IMG/VR virus record: IMGVR_UViG_3300037104_000892
Coordinates: 5,145-69,144 of that record
Direction: 5' to 3' (one strand)
Source of the DNA: a virus
DNA length: 64,000 nucleotides
Numbering within the stretch: position 1 is the stretch's first letter; the number at the start of each line of letters is the position of its first letter. Positions 39,729 to 47,818 of this stretch are shown piece by piece. The position numbers and the translations under genes are program-made. The notes beneath the pieces are model-generated. The model ran no database searches. It was not told the origin of the DNA and saw nothing but the letters and a program-made list of their open reading frames with translations.

Positions 39729-40547
39729 TTAAAGAACGTTTATTTTTTTCAAATCTGATTTAAATAAAACTTTTAAATTGGGTATAGATTTCCATTTTAA
39801 ATTATCTAATTCAGTTTTATAGCCTTTTATTTCAATAAATAGATTATCTTTTTCAAGATAAAAATCTGGAACGTAATAATGTTCTTTATTATTTGAATCG
39901 AAATAATTAAAATGTTTTGTATTTCGTTGCCATTTAATGTTATTTTCGTCCAAATATTTTGCATATGCTAATTCCCAACTACTTTGTAGATAAACTCTTC
40001 CTGCATATATACTATCATACCATCCTTGTTTACCTCTACCTGAGTTTTCTCTATATCCACCACATTTTCCAGAACACGCCTTTGATAATTTTTCGGAATA
40101 TTCTAATGTTTTGTAATAAGCCCTACTACATTTAAGAGAACAATATTTTTTATTTTTTAATTTTGTAGTAAATTCATTACCACAATTTTTACACTTTTTA
40201 ACATGTGGTTGTTTTGTTAAAGCATTTTTTATTTTTTCATTTATATCTTTTCTTTTTGCTTTTGTACTAAAACTTTTAGCGCATTCATTCGAACAAAATC
40301 TTCCTGAACCGTATTTTTCAAAAACTTCTTTTCCGCAATTTTCGCAAAAATAATGATATTGTTTTATTTCATGTATTTTTAAATGTTGTTTGTAATTTCT
40401 TAGTATTATTTCTTTATCACAATATTCACATTTAATTTTTTGATATGCATTATTTGCTCCATGTTTATGGATGCATTTCATAGAACAAAACTTATCACTT
40501 TGTATTTTAAAATTTTCAGAACCGCATATAATGCAAACTTTATTCAT
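39729..40547 (-). CDS. PD-(D/E)XK endonuclease with Cys-rich modules
   Basis: SSWE...YVPDFY...IEIKG; start likely 40547. Confidence 0.72.
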   Translation of the reverse strand: MNKVCIICGSENFKIQSDKFCSMKCIHKHGANNAYQKIKCEYCDKEIILRNYKQHLKIHEIKQYHYFCENCGKEVFEKYGSGRFCSNECAKSFSTKAKRKDINEKIKNALTKQPHVKKCKNCGNEFTTKLKNKKYCSLKCSRAYYKTLEYSEKLSKACSGKCGGYRENSGRGKQGWYDSIYAGRVYLQSSWELAYAKYLDENNIKWQRNTKHFNYFDSNNKEHYYVPDFYLEKDNLFIEIKGYKTELDNLKWKSIPNLKVLFKSDLKKINVL

Positions 40548-40614
40548 TAATAGTTTTGATATTATATACTTTTCTAATGCAAAAGTTTTCGATTCTATAA
40601 AAATAGTTTGATTG

Positions 40615-40698
40615 TACGGCGTGTGGGATTCGAACCCACGAATCATAAATGAACCAGCTTGAAGGGCTGGGTACTTTGAGCCGCTTGTATAACGCCGC
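40615..40698 (-). tRNA. tRNA-Glu(TTC) with long variable region
   Basis: CCAGC-CC TTC AA-GCTGG. Confidence 0.75.
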
Positions 40699-40857
40699 AT
40701 ATAATTTCAGTGTATCTTAAGAAGGTAGATACACCGTGGAACTTTTGTCTACCACAAGAAAGCCAACCCTTTCTTTGACTGTTTGGACGCCGGGTTGGGG
40801 TCGCGTTATCAGTCTATTACCTTTTAAAGGAGTTTTTCTGTTTTTTGCCTACCATGC

Positions 40858-40932
40858 ACTGGCCAGAATCGAACTGACCAGTTCGGGGTCACGATCCCCT
40901 CCGCACCAGAAGCCAACATTCCAATCGGCTAC
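40858..40932 (-). ncRNA. Degenerate tRNA-like element with a CGT (Thr) anticodon arm
   Basis: GGGG-AT CGT GA-CCCC; T-arm GTCAG TTCGATT CTGGC; no clear acceptor. Confidence 0.45.
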
Positions 40933-40979
40933 TTACTCCAATGTTAAAGAACTTTTATGTTGTTGGATATCGTCTTGCC

Positions 40980-41672
40980 CTAGCCGAAGCAATAGAGTAG
41001 ATACAGCATATCCATTGTTTTGTTGGGACCTTTCAGTCCCTTATTTTTTCTTCCTGGTTTCCATCCTTGATTTAACCAGAAATTTAAATCTTCTTTTTTA
41101 ATTTTTTTAACTTCATTGTTTTTTATTATCCAACGTATGCCGTACATTGAATTATTTTCTCCAACGTGATTATGTTTTCCTTTATGAGCTTTACGCCATT
41201 GTTCTTTTGTTTTTTCTGAATGTTTTTTATTTTTCATTCCCCAATTTTCGGGTTTATTTTTATTTAATTCAGAAAATCTTTTCGCTTGTCTATCTTTATG
41301 CCATTTAATATATTCAGGGTTATTCCATTGTGATTTCAATCCTGCTATTGTGCATTTTTTCCTATGTTCTTCATTAGAAAATCCTCCTTCACCTCCAATT
41401 TTTAAATTCATGCATAAAGGGTCATGTAATAAAGCTTCATTAACAAGTTCTATTTCTCTATTTTTTAAATCTTTTCGTATTTCAAAAAACTCTATTCTTT
41501 CAATTTGATGATTTTCTCTTCCATGTTTATTAAGAGAATATCCTAATCTTTTTCCACTACCTAAATAACCATCATCTAAGTTATTCGTAGAGTGCATTCC
41601 AACATAAAACTTATTTGTAATTAAACAAGTAGTTTTGTATATGAAATGATATTGCTTTTGTTGTCTTGGCAT
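40980..41672 (-). CDS. GIY-YIG homing endonuclease
   Basis: FIYKTT.....FYVGMHST..L.DGYLGSG. Confidence 0.85.
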   Translation of the reverse strand: MPRQQKQYHFIYKTTCLITNKFYVGMHSTNNLDDGYLGSGKRLGYSLNKHGRENHQIERIEFFEIRKDLKNREIELVNEALLHDPLCMNLKIGGEGGFSNEEHRKKCTIAGLKSQWNNPEYIKWHKDRQAKRFSELNKNKPENWGMKNKKHSEKTKEQWRKAHKGKHNHVGENNSMYGIRWIIKNNEVKKIKKEDLNFWLNQGWKPGRKNKGLKGPNKTMDMLYLLYCFG

Positions 41673-41717
41673 GCATATTTTTATATTATATACATAAGAA
41701 GAACAAAAGTTTCACAG

Positions 41718-41785
41718 TGCCGCCGGGAAGGATCGAACTTCCTCGCTAATGTTTTACAGACATGTCGTCTACCCTGATCGTCGGC
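41718..41785 (-). tRNA. Compact tRNA-Tyr(GTA)-like
   Basis: ATGT-CT GTA AA-ACAT; same acceptor sequence as 42298-42378; reduced D-arm. Confidence 0.6.
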
Positions 41786-42058
41786 TTATTTATTTGAATC
41801 GACAAATTCTTTCCATAATGTATCAACATCAATTTCTTTATTTAAATTTCCTTTGTATTTTAAAATAAGCCATTTAACAAAATTGATATCTCTATTCATT
41901 ATTACTACATCTGTAGTATTCATAGATAATGTTTCTTGTAAATCACTTAAATGACTCATTACAACCATTGATGCTTTTGTTTTCATGTCTTTATTTAATT
42001 GATATAGTGTTAATATAACAATAATTTCTGACAAATAAAAATTTCAATGAACTTATTT

Positions 42059-42283
42059 TCAAATTATTTTTGTATTTCTTATAACTTCAAATATTTTATC
42101 AACAGTTTCCTTTTTATGAATCCAAGTACATTTACTACAATCCCATATTTTTCCTTCAGTTCCATTTATGTAATTTCCTCTTTCTTTATTTTCACAAGGA
42201 TAAAAAGGACAATAACAAAATGTGCAATCTTCTAATTCACTGTGACATGGAAAATGTCTGCATGCCTTATTTTTTCTTTTCAT
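42059..42283 (-). CDS. Cysteine-rich small domain protein
   Basis: C..FPCH..LEDCTFCYCPFYPC...WDCSKCTWIH. Confidence 0.75.
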   Translation of the reverse strand: MKRKNKACRHFPCHSELEDCTFCYCPFYPCENKERGNYINGTEGKIWDCSKCTWIHKKETVDKIFEVIRNTKII

Positions 42284-42297
42284 TTTTTTAACTTTTG

Positions 42298-42378
42298 TGC
42301 CGCCGGAGGGACTCGAACCCCCATGCCCTAAGGACCTGATCTACAGTCAGGCGAGCCAACCAATTGCTCAACGTCGGC
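42298..42378 (-). tRNA. tRNA-Tyr(GTA)
   Basis: CCTGA-CT GTA GA-TCAGG; long variable arm. Confidence 0.85.
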
Positions 42379-42414
42379 ATTTGGCTGTCTTTCCAGCCTG
42401 TCATTATCGTTGAA

Positions 42415-42606
42415 TTATATTAATTTCACATTAATTGCACTCAATCCTCTTGGTCCGTCTTTAAGTTCGAAACTAACTTCGTCATTTTCGTTAATCTTAT
42501 CGATACAGCCTGTAACATGTACAAAATACTCTTTTGTTGATGTTTTGTCTTTGATAAATCCAAATCCCTTAACTGTGTTAAAGAATTTTACTGTTCCTTC
42601 ATTCAT
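42415..42606 (-). CDS. Cold-shock domain protein
   Basis: GTVKFFN..KGFGFI...FVH. Confidence 0.92.
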   Translation of the reverse strand: MNEGTVKFFNTVKGFGFIKDKTSTKEYFVHVTGCIDKINENDEVSFELKDGPRGLSAINVKLI

Positions 42607-42642
42607 AATCTATTATTTATTTTAATTCACTCTAATAATATA

Positions 42643-43323
42643 TTAGAGTTTGTCGTTAAGAATTATTTTCAATTCTTCTATCTCTTTATATAATTTTTCT
42701 TTATTATTATCATTTATTGGATTGTACCATTTAATTCTCAACACTTTCCAATCATTTTTTTCTAAAAACTTATCTTTAATTTGGTCTTTTTCTTTTCGTT
42801 CTTCGTGTTGTTTTCCGTCTATTTCTAACGCTAGCTTTTTATCAATGAACGCAAAATCAATGAACCATCGTCCTACTTTGTAATCTCGTTTCCAACCTTC
42901 AATTTTTTCATTTTCAAATAATGATATAAAATATTTTTCAGGATACGAAGGTTCTTTATCTTTTCGAGATTTCCATCCTGAAAAAGTTCCATTTTTTAAT
43001 CTTTCTTGCGCTTTTTTAGAAATTTTTTCTCTGGCTGATTCACAAGAACCATTATTTTTTCTTGCACAATTTCGTGAACAATATAGTTGATTCTTTTTTC
43101 TTGAGGCAAATGTTTCTTTACATTCAGGACATATTTTTGTTTCTTTATGTTTTGTTAATTTTAATGTTTCATTTGATCGACCCTTAAGTTTTTTACTTAT
43201 TTCACGATTAATTTCTTTTCTTTTGGCTTTTGTACTAAATCCTCTTGCACATTTACATGAACAAAATCTTCCTGAGCCATAAGTTACTTCATGTTCTTTA
43301 CCACAGTTTTCACAAACTTTCAT
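42643..43323 (-). CDS. DUF559/Vsr-like endonuclease with Cys-rich N-terminus
   Basis: SYPE...IDFA...LEIDG..H...D..KD..L...W.VLRI. Confidence 0.78.
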   Translation of the reverse strand: MKVCENCGKEHEVTYGSGRFCSCKCARGFSTKAKRKEINREISKKLKGRSNETLKLTKHKETKICPECKETFASRKKNQLYCSRNCARKNNGSCESAREKISKKAQERLKNGTFSGWKSRKDKEPSYPEKYFISLFENEKIEGWKRDYKVGRWFIDFAFIDKKLALEIDGKQHEERKEKDQIKDKFLEKNDWKVLRIKWYNPINDNNKEKLYKEIEELKIILNDKL

Positions 43324-43383
43324 CGTTTAATTATTATATGCATAATCAAGACAAAAGTTTTTGAACTTATGATCTCATGCTTG

Positions 43384-43456
43384 TCGAGGATGCCAGATTC
43401 GAACTGTTATTAATGCTCCCAAAGCACTCGTGTTACCGGGTTACACCACATCCTCG
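43384..43456 (-). tRNA. tRNA-Pro(TGG)
   Basis: AGTGC-TT TGG GA-GCATT. Confidence 0.78.
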
Positions 43457-43461
43457 AAATT

Positions 43462-43650
43462 AAATGTTTGTTCCTTACCAAGCGGAAATAAAGCCGCAAA
43501 TCTTAATGCGCAATTTCCAATCACTTTATCTTACAACGAATATCATCCTCTTGGAAGGATTGTAATTTAGCGCAACCAAGCGCATCTGATATAATCTCGG
43601 TCCTGTCAATTCAGGTTTCACTCATTACTATTCGCCTTCAGCAAACATTT
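43462..43650 (-). ncRNA. Candidate ~190-nt structured RNA between tRNAs
   Basis: Closed by AAATGTTTG/CAAACATTT; internal hairpins CCTG/CAGG, GCGC/GCGC, ATCCT/AGGAT, GCGG/CCGC. Confidence 0.5.
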
Positions 43651-43652
43651 TG

Positions 43653-43736
43653 TGCCCAGAGGGGGACTCGAACCCCCAAACCCTTTCGGACATCGGCTCC
43701 TTGGGCCGACGCGTCTACCATTTCCGCCATCTGGGC
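43653..43736 (-). tRNA. tRNA-Leu(AAG)
   Basis: TCGGC-CC AAG GA-GCCGA; long variable arm. Confidence 0.85.
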
Positions 43737-43742
43737 AAATTG

Positions 43743-43813
43743 TAATGCATGACAGAATCGAACTGTCATTTTCAGATTGAGGGTCTGACCTCCTGCCGTT
43801 AGAGGAATGCATC
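43743..43813 (-). tRNA. tRNA-Glu(CTC)
   Basis: TCAGA-CC CTC AA-TCTGA. Confidence 0.82.
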
Positions 43814-43934
43814 ATTTTAAAAAACATAACCTTGTCTTATTTCCTTTAACCCAATTGGGACATCCATCATGATCTATTCGGATGATGATAAAGTGGTCTG
43901 CTAATAGCTTTTTAGCAGGGCTATGTTTAATTTG

Positions 43935-44014
43935 TGGCCCTGAAGGGATTCGAACCCTCAAGAGCTCCGGGTTTAAGCCGGTGAACTGTGCCAGTTTGTA
44001 TAAGCCACAGGGCC
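43935..44014 (-). tRNA. tRNA-Leu(TAA), atypical D-arm
   Basis: CCGG-CT TAA AC-CCGG. Confidence 0.7.
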
Positions 44015-44018
44015 AATT

Positions 44019-44142
44019 AAGTAGAGAAAGCCTAAGAGAATGTGTACAGTGAATTTCGAGTTCACAATGATCTTTCGATCACCAGTTTTGAGCTAGTTGC
44101 ATTTACCATTTTGCGATGTAATTCTCTAAATTACTACTACTT
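44019..44142 (-). ncRNA. Y-RNA-like element 7: conserved stem replaces the acceptor of a tRNA-Leu(CAA) body
   Basis: AGTAGTAATTTAGAGAATTACATCG; D-arm; ACTAG-CT CAA AA-CTGGT; GATC GAAA GATC; T-arm; ATTCTCT..CTTTCTCTACTT. Confidence 0.7.
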
Positions 44143-44144
44143 TG

Positions 44145-44216
44145 TACCCCCGATGGGATTCGAACCCATAAAATCTTGGTTCTAGGCCAAGCGGTTTACC
44201 ATTTTCCTACAGGGGC
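44145..44216 (-). tRNA. tRNA-Leu(TAG), short variable arm
   Basis: CTTGG-CC TAG AA-CCAAG. Confidence 0.75.
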
Positions 44217-44221
44217 GTATG

Positions 44222-44290
44222 TGATCAACTGGACTTGAACCGTATCCTGAGCGCTTAATGCCCTCCGTGCTACCATTACACTATTTGATC
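44222..44290 (-). tRNA. Degenerate tRNA-like RNA with TTA at the anticodon position
   Basis: D-arm TAGTGTAATGGTAGCAC; GAGGG-CA TTA AG-CGCTC; GGTTCAAGTCC. Confidence 0.45.
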
Positions 44291-44421
44291 CCTACATTTA
44301 TGTTTACTAATGAGTGACCAGCTTTTCGTAGATTAAAATGTAGTTCTGATACCGGGATGTCTCTGACTTAGGTTATCGCCATAGCATCTCTTTTAAGGAA
44401 CTCTAGTCCGGGTATTCATAG

Positions 44422-44495
44422 TCGGAATGGTGGAACTCGAATCCACGACCTCCTGAACCCGAATCAGGTAATCTAGCCAACTGATATACATTCCG
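44422..44495 (-). tRNA. tRNA-Pro(CGG)
   Basis: CCTGA-TT CGG GT-TCAGG. Confidence 0.85.
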
Positions 44496-44508
44496 TGGAT
44501 CTGGATAA

Positions 44509-45177
44509 TTATAGTCCTCCAGTTATGAGACTTTTAAAATTTTCTATTTGTGGATATAATTTTTCTTTATTATTTTCATTTATAGGGTTAAACCATTTTA
44601 TTCTAATAACTTGCCAATTATTTTTTTTCAAAAAATCATCTTTGATTTTATCATGTTCTTTTCGTTGTTCATGCTGGCTTCCATCTATTTCTAATGCAAT
44701 CATTTTATTTTCAAACGCAAAATCAATAAACCATCTACCAACTTTGTAATCTCGTTTCCAACCTTCAATTTTTTCATTTTCAAATAATGATATAAAATAT
44801 TTTTCAGGATACGAAGGTTTTTTATCTTTTCGAGATTTCCAACCTTTACATGTGCCATTTTTAATTCCTTGTTTTATAGCTTTAGATAAGTTTTCTCTTG
44901 TTTCTGTAGAAATAGTTCTTGTTGAACAATAGTTAGAACAATAAATTCTATCTCTATCATTCCAATTAACTATAAATTCTTTTTTACATTCTAAACATAT
45001 TTTTTTAATTTTACGTTCATGACCTAAATCTCTAGTTTTTAAAGTTTCACTTACTAATGCATTTATTTCTTTTCGTTTTGCTTTAGTGCTAAATCCTCTT
45101 GCACATGTTTTTGAACAAAATCTTCCTGAACCATACGTTCCTTCATGTTCTTTATTGCAATTTTTGCAAGCTTTCAT
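44509..45177 (-). CDS. DUF559/Vsr-like endonuclease (paralog of 42643-43323)
   Basis: Near-identical GWKSRKDK.PSYPEKYFISLFENEKIEGWKRDYKVGRWFIDFAF. Confidence 0.78.
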   Translation of the reverse strand: MKACKNCNKEHEGTYGSGRFCSKTCARGFSTKAKRKEINALVSETLKTRDLGHERKIKKICLECKKEFIVNWNDRDRIYCSNYCSTRTISTETRENLSKAIKQGIKNGTCKGWKSRKDKKPSYPEKYFISLFENEKIEGWKRDYKVGRWFIDFAFENKMIALEIDGSQHEQRKEHDKIKDDFLKKNNWQVIRIKWFNPINENNKEKLYPQIENFKSLITGGL

Positions 45178-45233
45178 CGTTTAATTATTATATGCACAAA
45201 TAAGATAAAAGTTTTTGAACCAATATACTGTTG

Positions 45234-45308
45234 TCTAGATGGAGGGACTCGAACCCCCAATAATCCGGCTTCCAATGCCGGCAACCTCACCATGTGGATC
45301 GCACCTAG
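45234..45308 (-). tRNA. tRNA-Pro(TGG)
   Basis: CCGGC-AT TGG AA-GCCGG. Confidence 0.75.
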
Positions 45309-45732
45309 TTATTCCGCCTTCAGATTATAGTGCTGTTTGCGTTTTCACCTGTGATTACAGGAAGCACTTTATATTAACAATATGTCAAAGACCGTTTATA
45401 AATATTTCATCCAAGCATAATGCTTGCGATTTGTTAAATAATTTTCATCATTTTGATTTTGATAAGATTCTTGTTCAAATGATATTTTATAATATCCTCT
45501 TAGTAAATGTTCTATTTCATACCAAATATAAAATGGAATAATTAACATTTCAATTTGTTGTTTCCAATGTATCTTTTCATGATTTAATGTAGTTTTATCA
45601 TTCAAATCCATAACATATATACCAAAAGGAGCTAAAGTAATTCCAGTTACGTTTTTTCCAAAAAGCTGCAAAAATTTATTCATCTTTCTTATTCTCATCT
45701 TAACAATTTATATGTTTTACTCAAAATATTTG

Positions 45733-45807
45733 TGTGGAATGAGGGAATCGAACCCTCCTACTCTGGCTCTTCGGGCCAGCGCTTGAACGCTACTCAGCTA
45801 TTTCCAC
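45733..45807 (-). tRNA. tRNA-Phe(GAA)
   Basis: CTGGC-CC GAA GA-GCCAG. Confidence 0.82.
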
Positions 45808-45868
45808 GTTTTGGCTGGTGATTTGAATCCCATTTAATCGTTACGCCTAACGAACCATTTTTTAATTG

Positions 45869-45949
45869 CTACCCCAAGTGGATTCGAACCACTATCCCAA
45901 GTTTCAAAGACTCAGATAATTAGCGTTAGCACCTTTATACGATGGGGCA
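45869..45949 (-). tRNA. tRNA-Gln(TTG), enlarged D-loop
   Basis: TGAGT-CT TTG AA-ACTTG. Confidence 0.72.
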
Positions 45950-45955
45950 ATATTG

Positions 45956-46027
45956 TTGTTCTTCCGGGACTCGAACCCAGATTACTTGCTTCAGAGGCAA
46001 GTGTGGTAGCCGTTACACTAAAGAACA
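45956..46027 (-). tRNA. tRNA-Gln(CTG)
   Basis: CTTGC-CT CTG AA-GCAAG. Confidence 0.85.
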
Positions 46028-46031
46028 GTTT

Positions 46032-46112
46032 AAGTTGAGAAATGCGAAGTGAGCTGTTTGGTTTAAAATTTTTCTGATTTCTACGAAGTAACTCATTTTC
46101 TTACTACAACTT
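46032..46112 (-). ncRNA. Y-RNA-like element 8 (short)
   Basis: AAGTTGTAGTAAGAAAATGAGTTACTTCG ... GCTCACTTCGCATTTCTCAACTT. Confidence 0.7.
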
Positions 46113-46745
46113 TTTTCTTCCTTGAAGCCATCCATTTGTTAAATACAAATGTAGTTCTTCAACTCTTATTCTTTTTATTTCATTGATACGACTAACCCAT
46201 CTAAAATTTTTATTTTCCGGGTGTTTATTTTTATGAGATTTTTTCATAATTTTTATTGTATCTTCAGAATGCTTTTTATTTATCCACCAATCATGATTTT
46301 TTCTTGCTTTTTTAACTCCTTTTGATATATTATCTTTCCATTGAGTTAACCATTCTTTATCATTTTCACGTAACCAAGATAACTGTTTATTTCCTTTTAG
46401 ACTTTTTTCTTGTTGTATACGACTATTTGAATTTAAACTCCAACATACGTTTCTTCCATCATTTCCGCCTAATTGAATATTCATACAAAGAGGGTGGCGA
46501 AGCATATTTTCATTAACTAATTCAATTTCTCGATTTTTTAATTTTTCTCTTGTTTCAAAGAACTCTGTTTTTTCACAAATATGATTTTCTTTTCCATGTT
46601 TATTTAAAGAATACCATAAATGCTTTCCACTACCCAAATACCCATCTTCTAAATTGTTCGTAGAGTGCATTCCTATGTAAAACTTATTTGTAATTAAACA
46701 AGTAGTTTTATATATGAAATGATATTTCTTTTGTAGTCTTGGCAT
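46104..46745 (-). CDS. GIY-YIG homing endonuclease (paralog of 40980-41672)
   Basis: FIYKTTCLITNKFYIGMHST. Confidence 0.85.
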   Translation of the reverse strand: MPRLQKKYHFIYKTTCLITNKFYIGMHSTNNLEDGYLGSGKHLWYSLNKHGKENHICEKTEFFETREKLKNREIELVNENMLRHPLCMNIQLGGNDGRNVCWSLNSNSRIQQEKSLKGNKQLSWLRENDKEWLTQWKDNISKGVKKARKNHDWWINKKHSEDTIKIMKKSHKNKHPENKNFRWVSRINEIKRIRVEELHLYLTNGWLQGRKKL

Positions 46746-46790
46746 GTATAGTTTTGTTTTATATGCATGCCAAGTACAAAAGTTTCACTG

Positions 46791-46910
46791 TGGGGGAGGC
46801 TGGAATTGCACCAACTTTTTGAGATTTTACCGATCTGATTTCGAAGTATCTCTATTCGTCACTATGATTTTGCAATCAAGAAAAGTGAAAGAGCATTTTA
46901 TTGCTCCCCC
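46791..46910 (-). ncRNA. Y-RNA-like element 9, circularly permuted inside tRNA ends
   Basis: Acceptor GGGGGAG/CTCCCCC; CTCTTTCACTTTTCTTGATT-GCAA-AATCATAGTGACGAATAGAGATACTTCG; AGAT-CG GTA AA-ATCT; T-arm GTTGG TGCAATT CCAGC. Confidence 0.7.
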
Positions 46911-46943
46911 TTATACATTTTATTCAAAGAACATTTTATTTTG

Positions 46944-47023
46944 AGCACTTGGTTGGATTCGAACCAACGGTGTGGATTTTACGCTTTGCAGGCGCATGCC
47001 TTCGACCACTCGACCACAAGTGC
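46944..47023 (-). tRNA. tRNA-Cys(GCA)
   Basis: TGCGC-CT GCA AA-GCGTA; U73. Confidence 0.85.
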
Positions 47024-47024
47024 A

Positions 47025-47651
47025 TTATGTTTTAATTTTTTTATTCAAAAGAACTTCTTTATTCCAAATTTCAACTATTACTTGAGGATATTTAGCAGAA
47101 AATTCATTAAATTTTTCTTTATTTTCTTTTCTCCGATAACCCTTAACTTCAATATGTTTAACTAAAATATCGTTTTCGTATATTGAAAAATCTGGAGTAT
47201 ATGATCTTGTATCACTTAATGAATATGATTTATCTTCATATTTCCAGTTTATTTGGTTTTCATTTAAAAATTGAGCAACATTTATTTCCCAAGACGATTT
47301 AAAAGTTAATCCATCGTATATGATATTTCTTCTTCTAAAAGATGTAGCTCCGTTTTTATTTCCTTTCATAGAAAGGGCAATCTTGTGTTTTCTATTTACT
47401 TCTTCAATTGGGTCCGAAGCTTTTCCGGTTGCCACGCCTGTTAAACTTTTCGAAATTTTGTCACCTATTTCTTTAGCTCGTTTTTCTCCATAAGTTTCTT
47501 TAAATGTTTTTCCTTTATTGATGGGAATAAGTCCTAACAAAGGATTTTTAAAATTTTTTCCTTCTTCAGTATGTTTTCTCCAAATATGACCTTTAATTCC
47601 CATTTTTGAAAAAGATTTTTCGCAATAAGGACATTTGATTTTATTTTCCAT
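47025..47651 (-). CDS. PD-(D/E)XK endonuclease
   Basis: FKSSWE...W.YE...YTPDF...IEVKG. Confidence 0.75.
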   Translation of the reverse strand: MENKIKCPYCEKSFSKMGIKGHIWRKHTEEGKNFKNPLLGLIPINKGKTFKETYGEKRAKEIGDKISKSLTGVATGKASDPIEEVNRKHKIALSMKGNKNGATSFRRRNIIYDGLTFKSSWEINVAQFLNENQINWKYEDKSYSLSDTRSYTPDFSIYENDILVKHIEVKGYRRKENKEKFNEFSAKYPQVIVEIWNKEVLLNKKIKT

Positions 47652-47749
47652 TTAATAAAGAACATTTAACTAAATATAATCAAAATACTTGACATAAAAA
47701 AATATTTTAGCATTTATTTTCAAACTTTTTTCTTTTTTTTACTCCATTC

Positions 47750-47781
47750 AAACACGAAACCCTCTGTTTTGCAGAGGGTTC
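47750..47781 (-). terminator. Terminator-like hairpin upstream of tRNA array 2 (candidate attenuator)
   Basis: GAACCCTCTG-CAAAA-CAGAGGGTTT CGTGTTT. Confidence 0.65.
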
Positions 47782-47818
47782 AGAAAGGAGTATATAATAA
47801 ATGACTTTATTCCATACC

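Noticed and set aside
43590-43630. tmRNA 5' end (CCTGAATTGACAGG resemblance)
   Set aside because: No matching acceptor/T-arm 3' end or tag reading frame found.
4676-46910. GAAGTAACTC repeats as a CRISPR array or recombination sites
   Set aside because: Copies are dispersed, irregularly spaced and show compensatory pairing and permutation typical of RNA structure; no cas or recombinase gene in the window.
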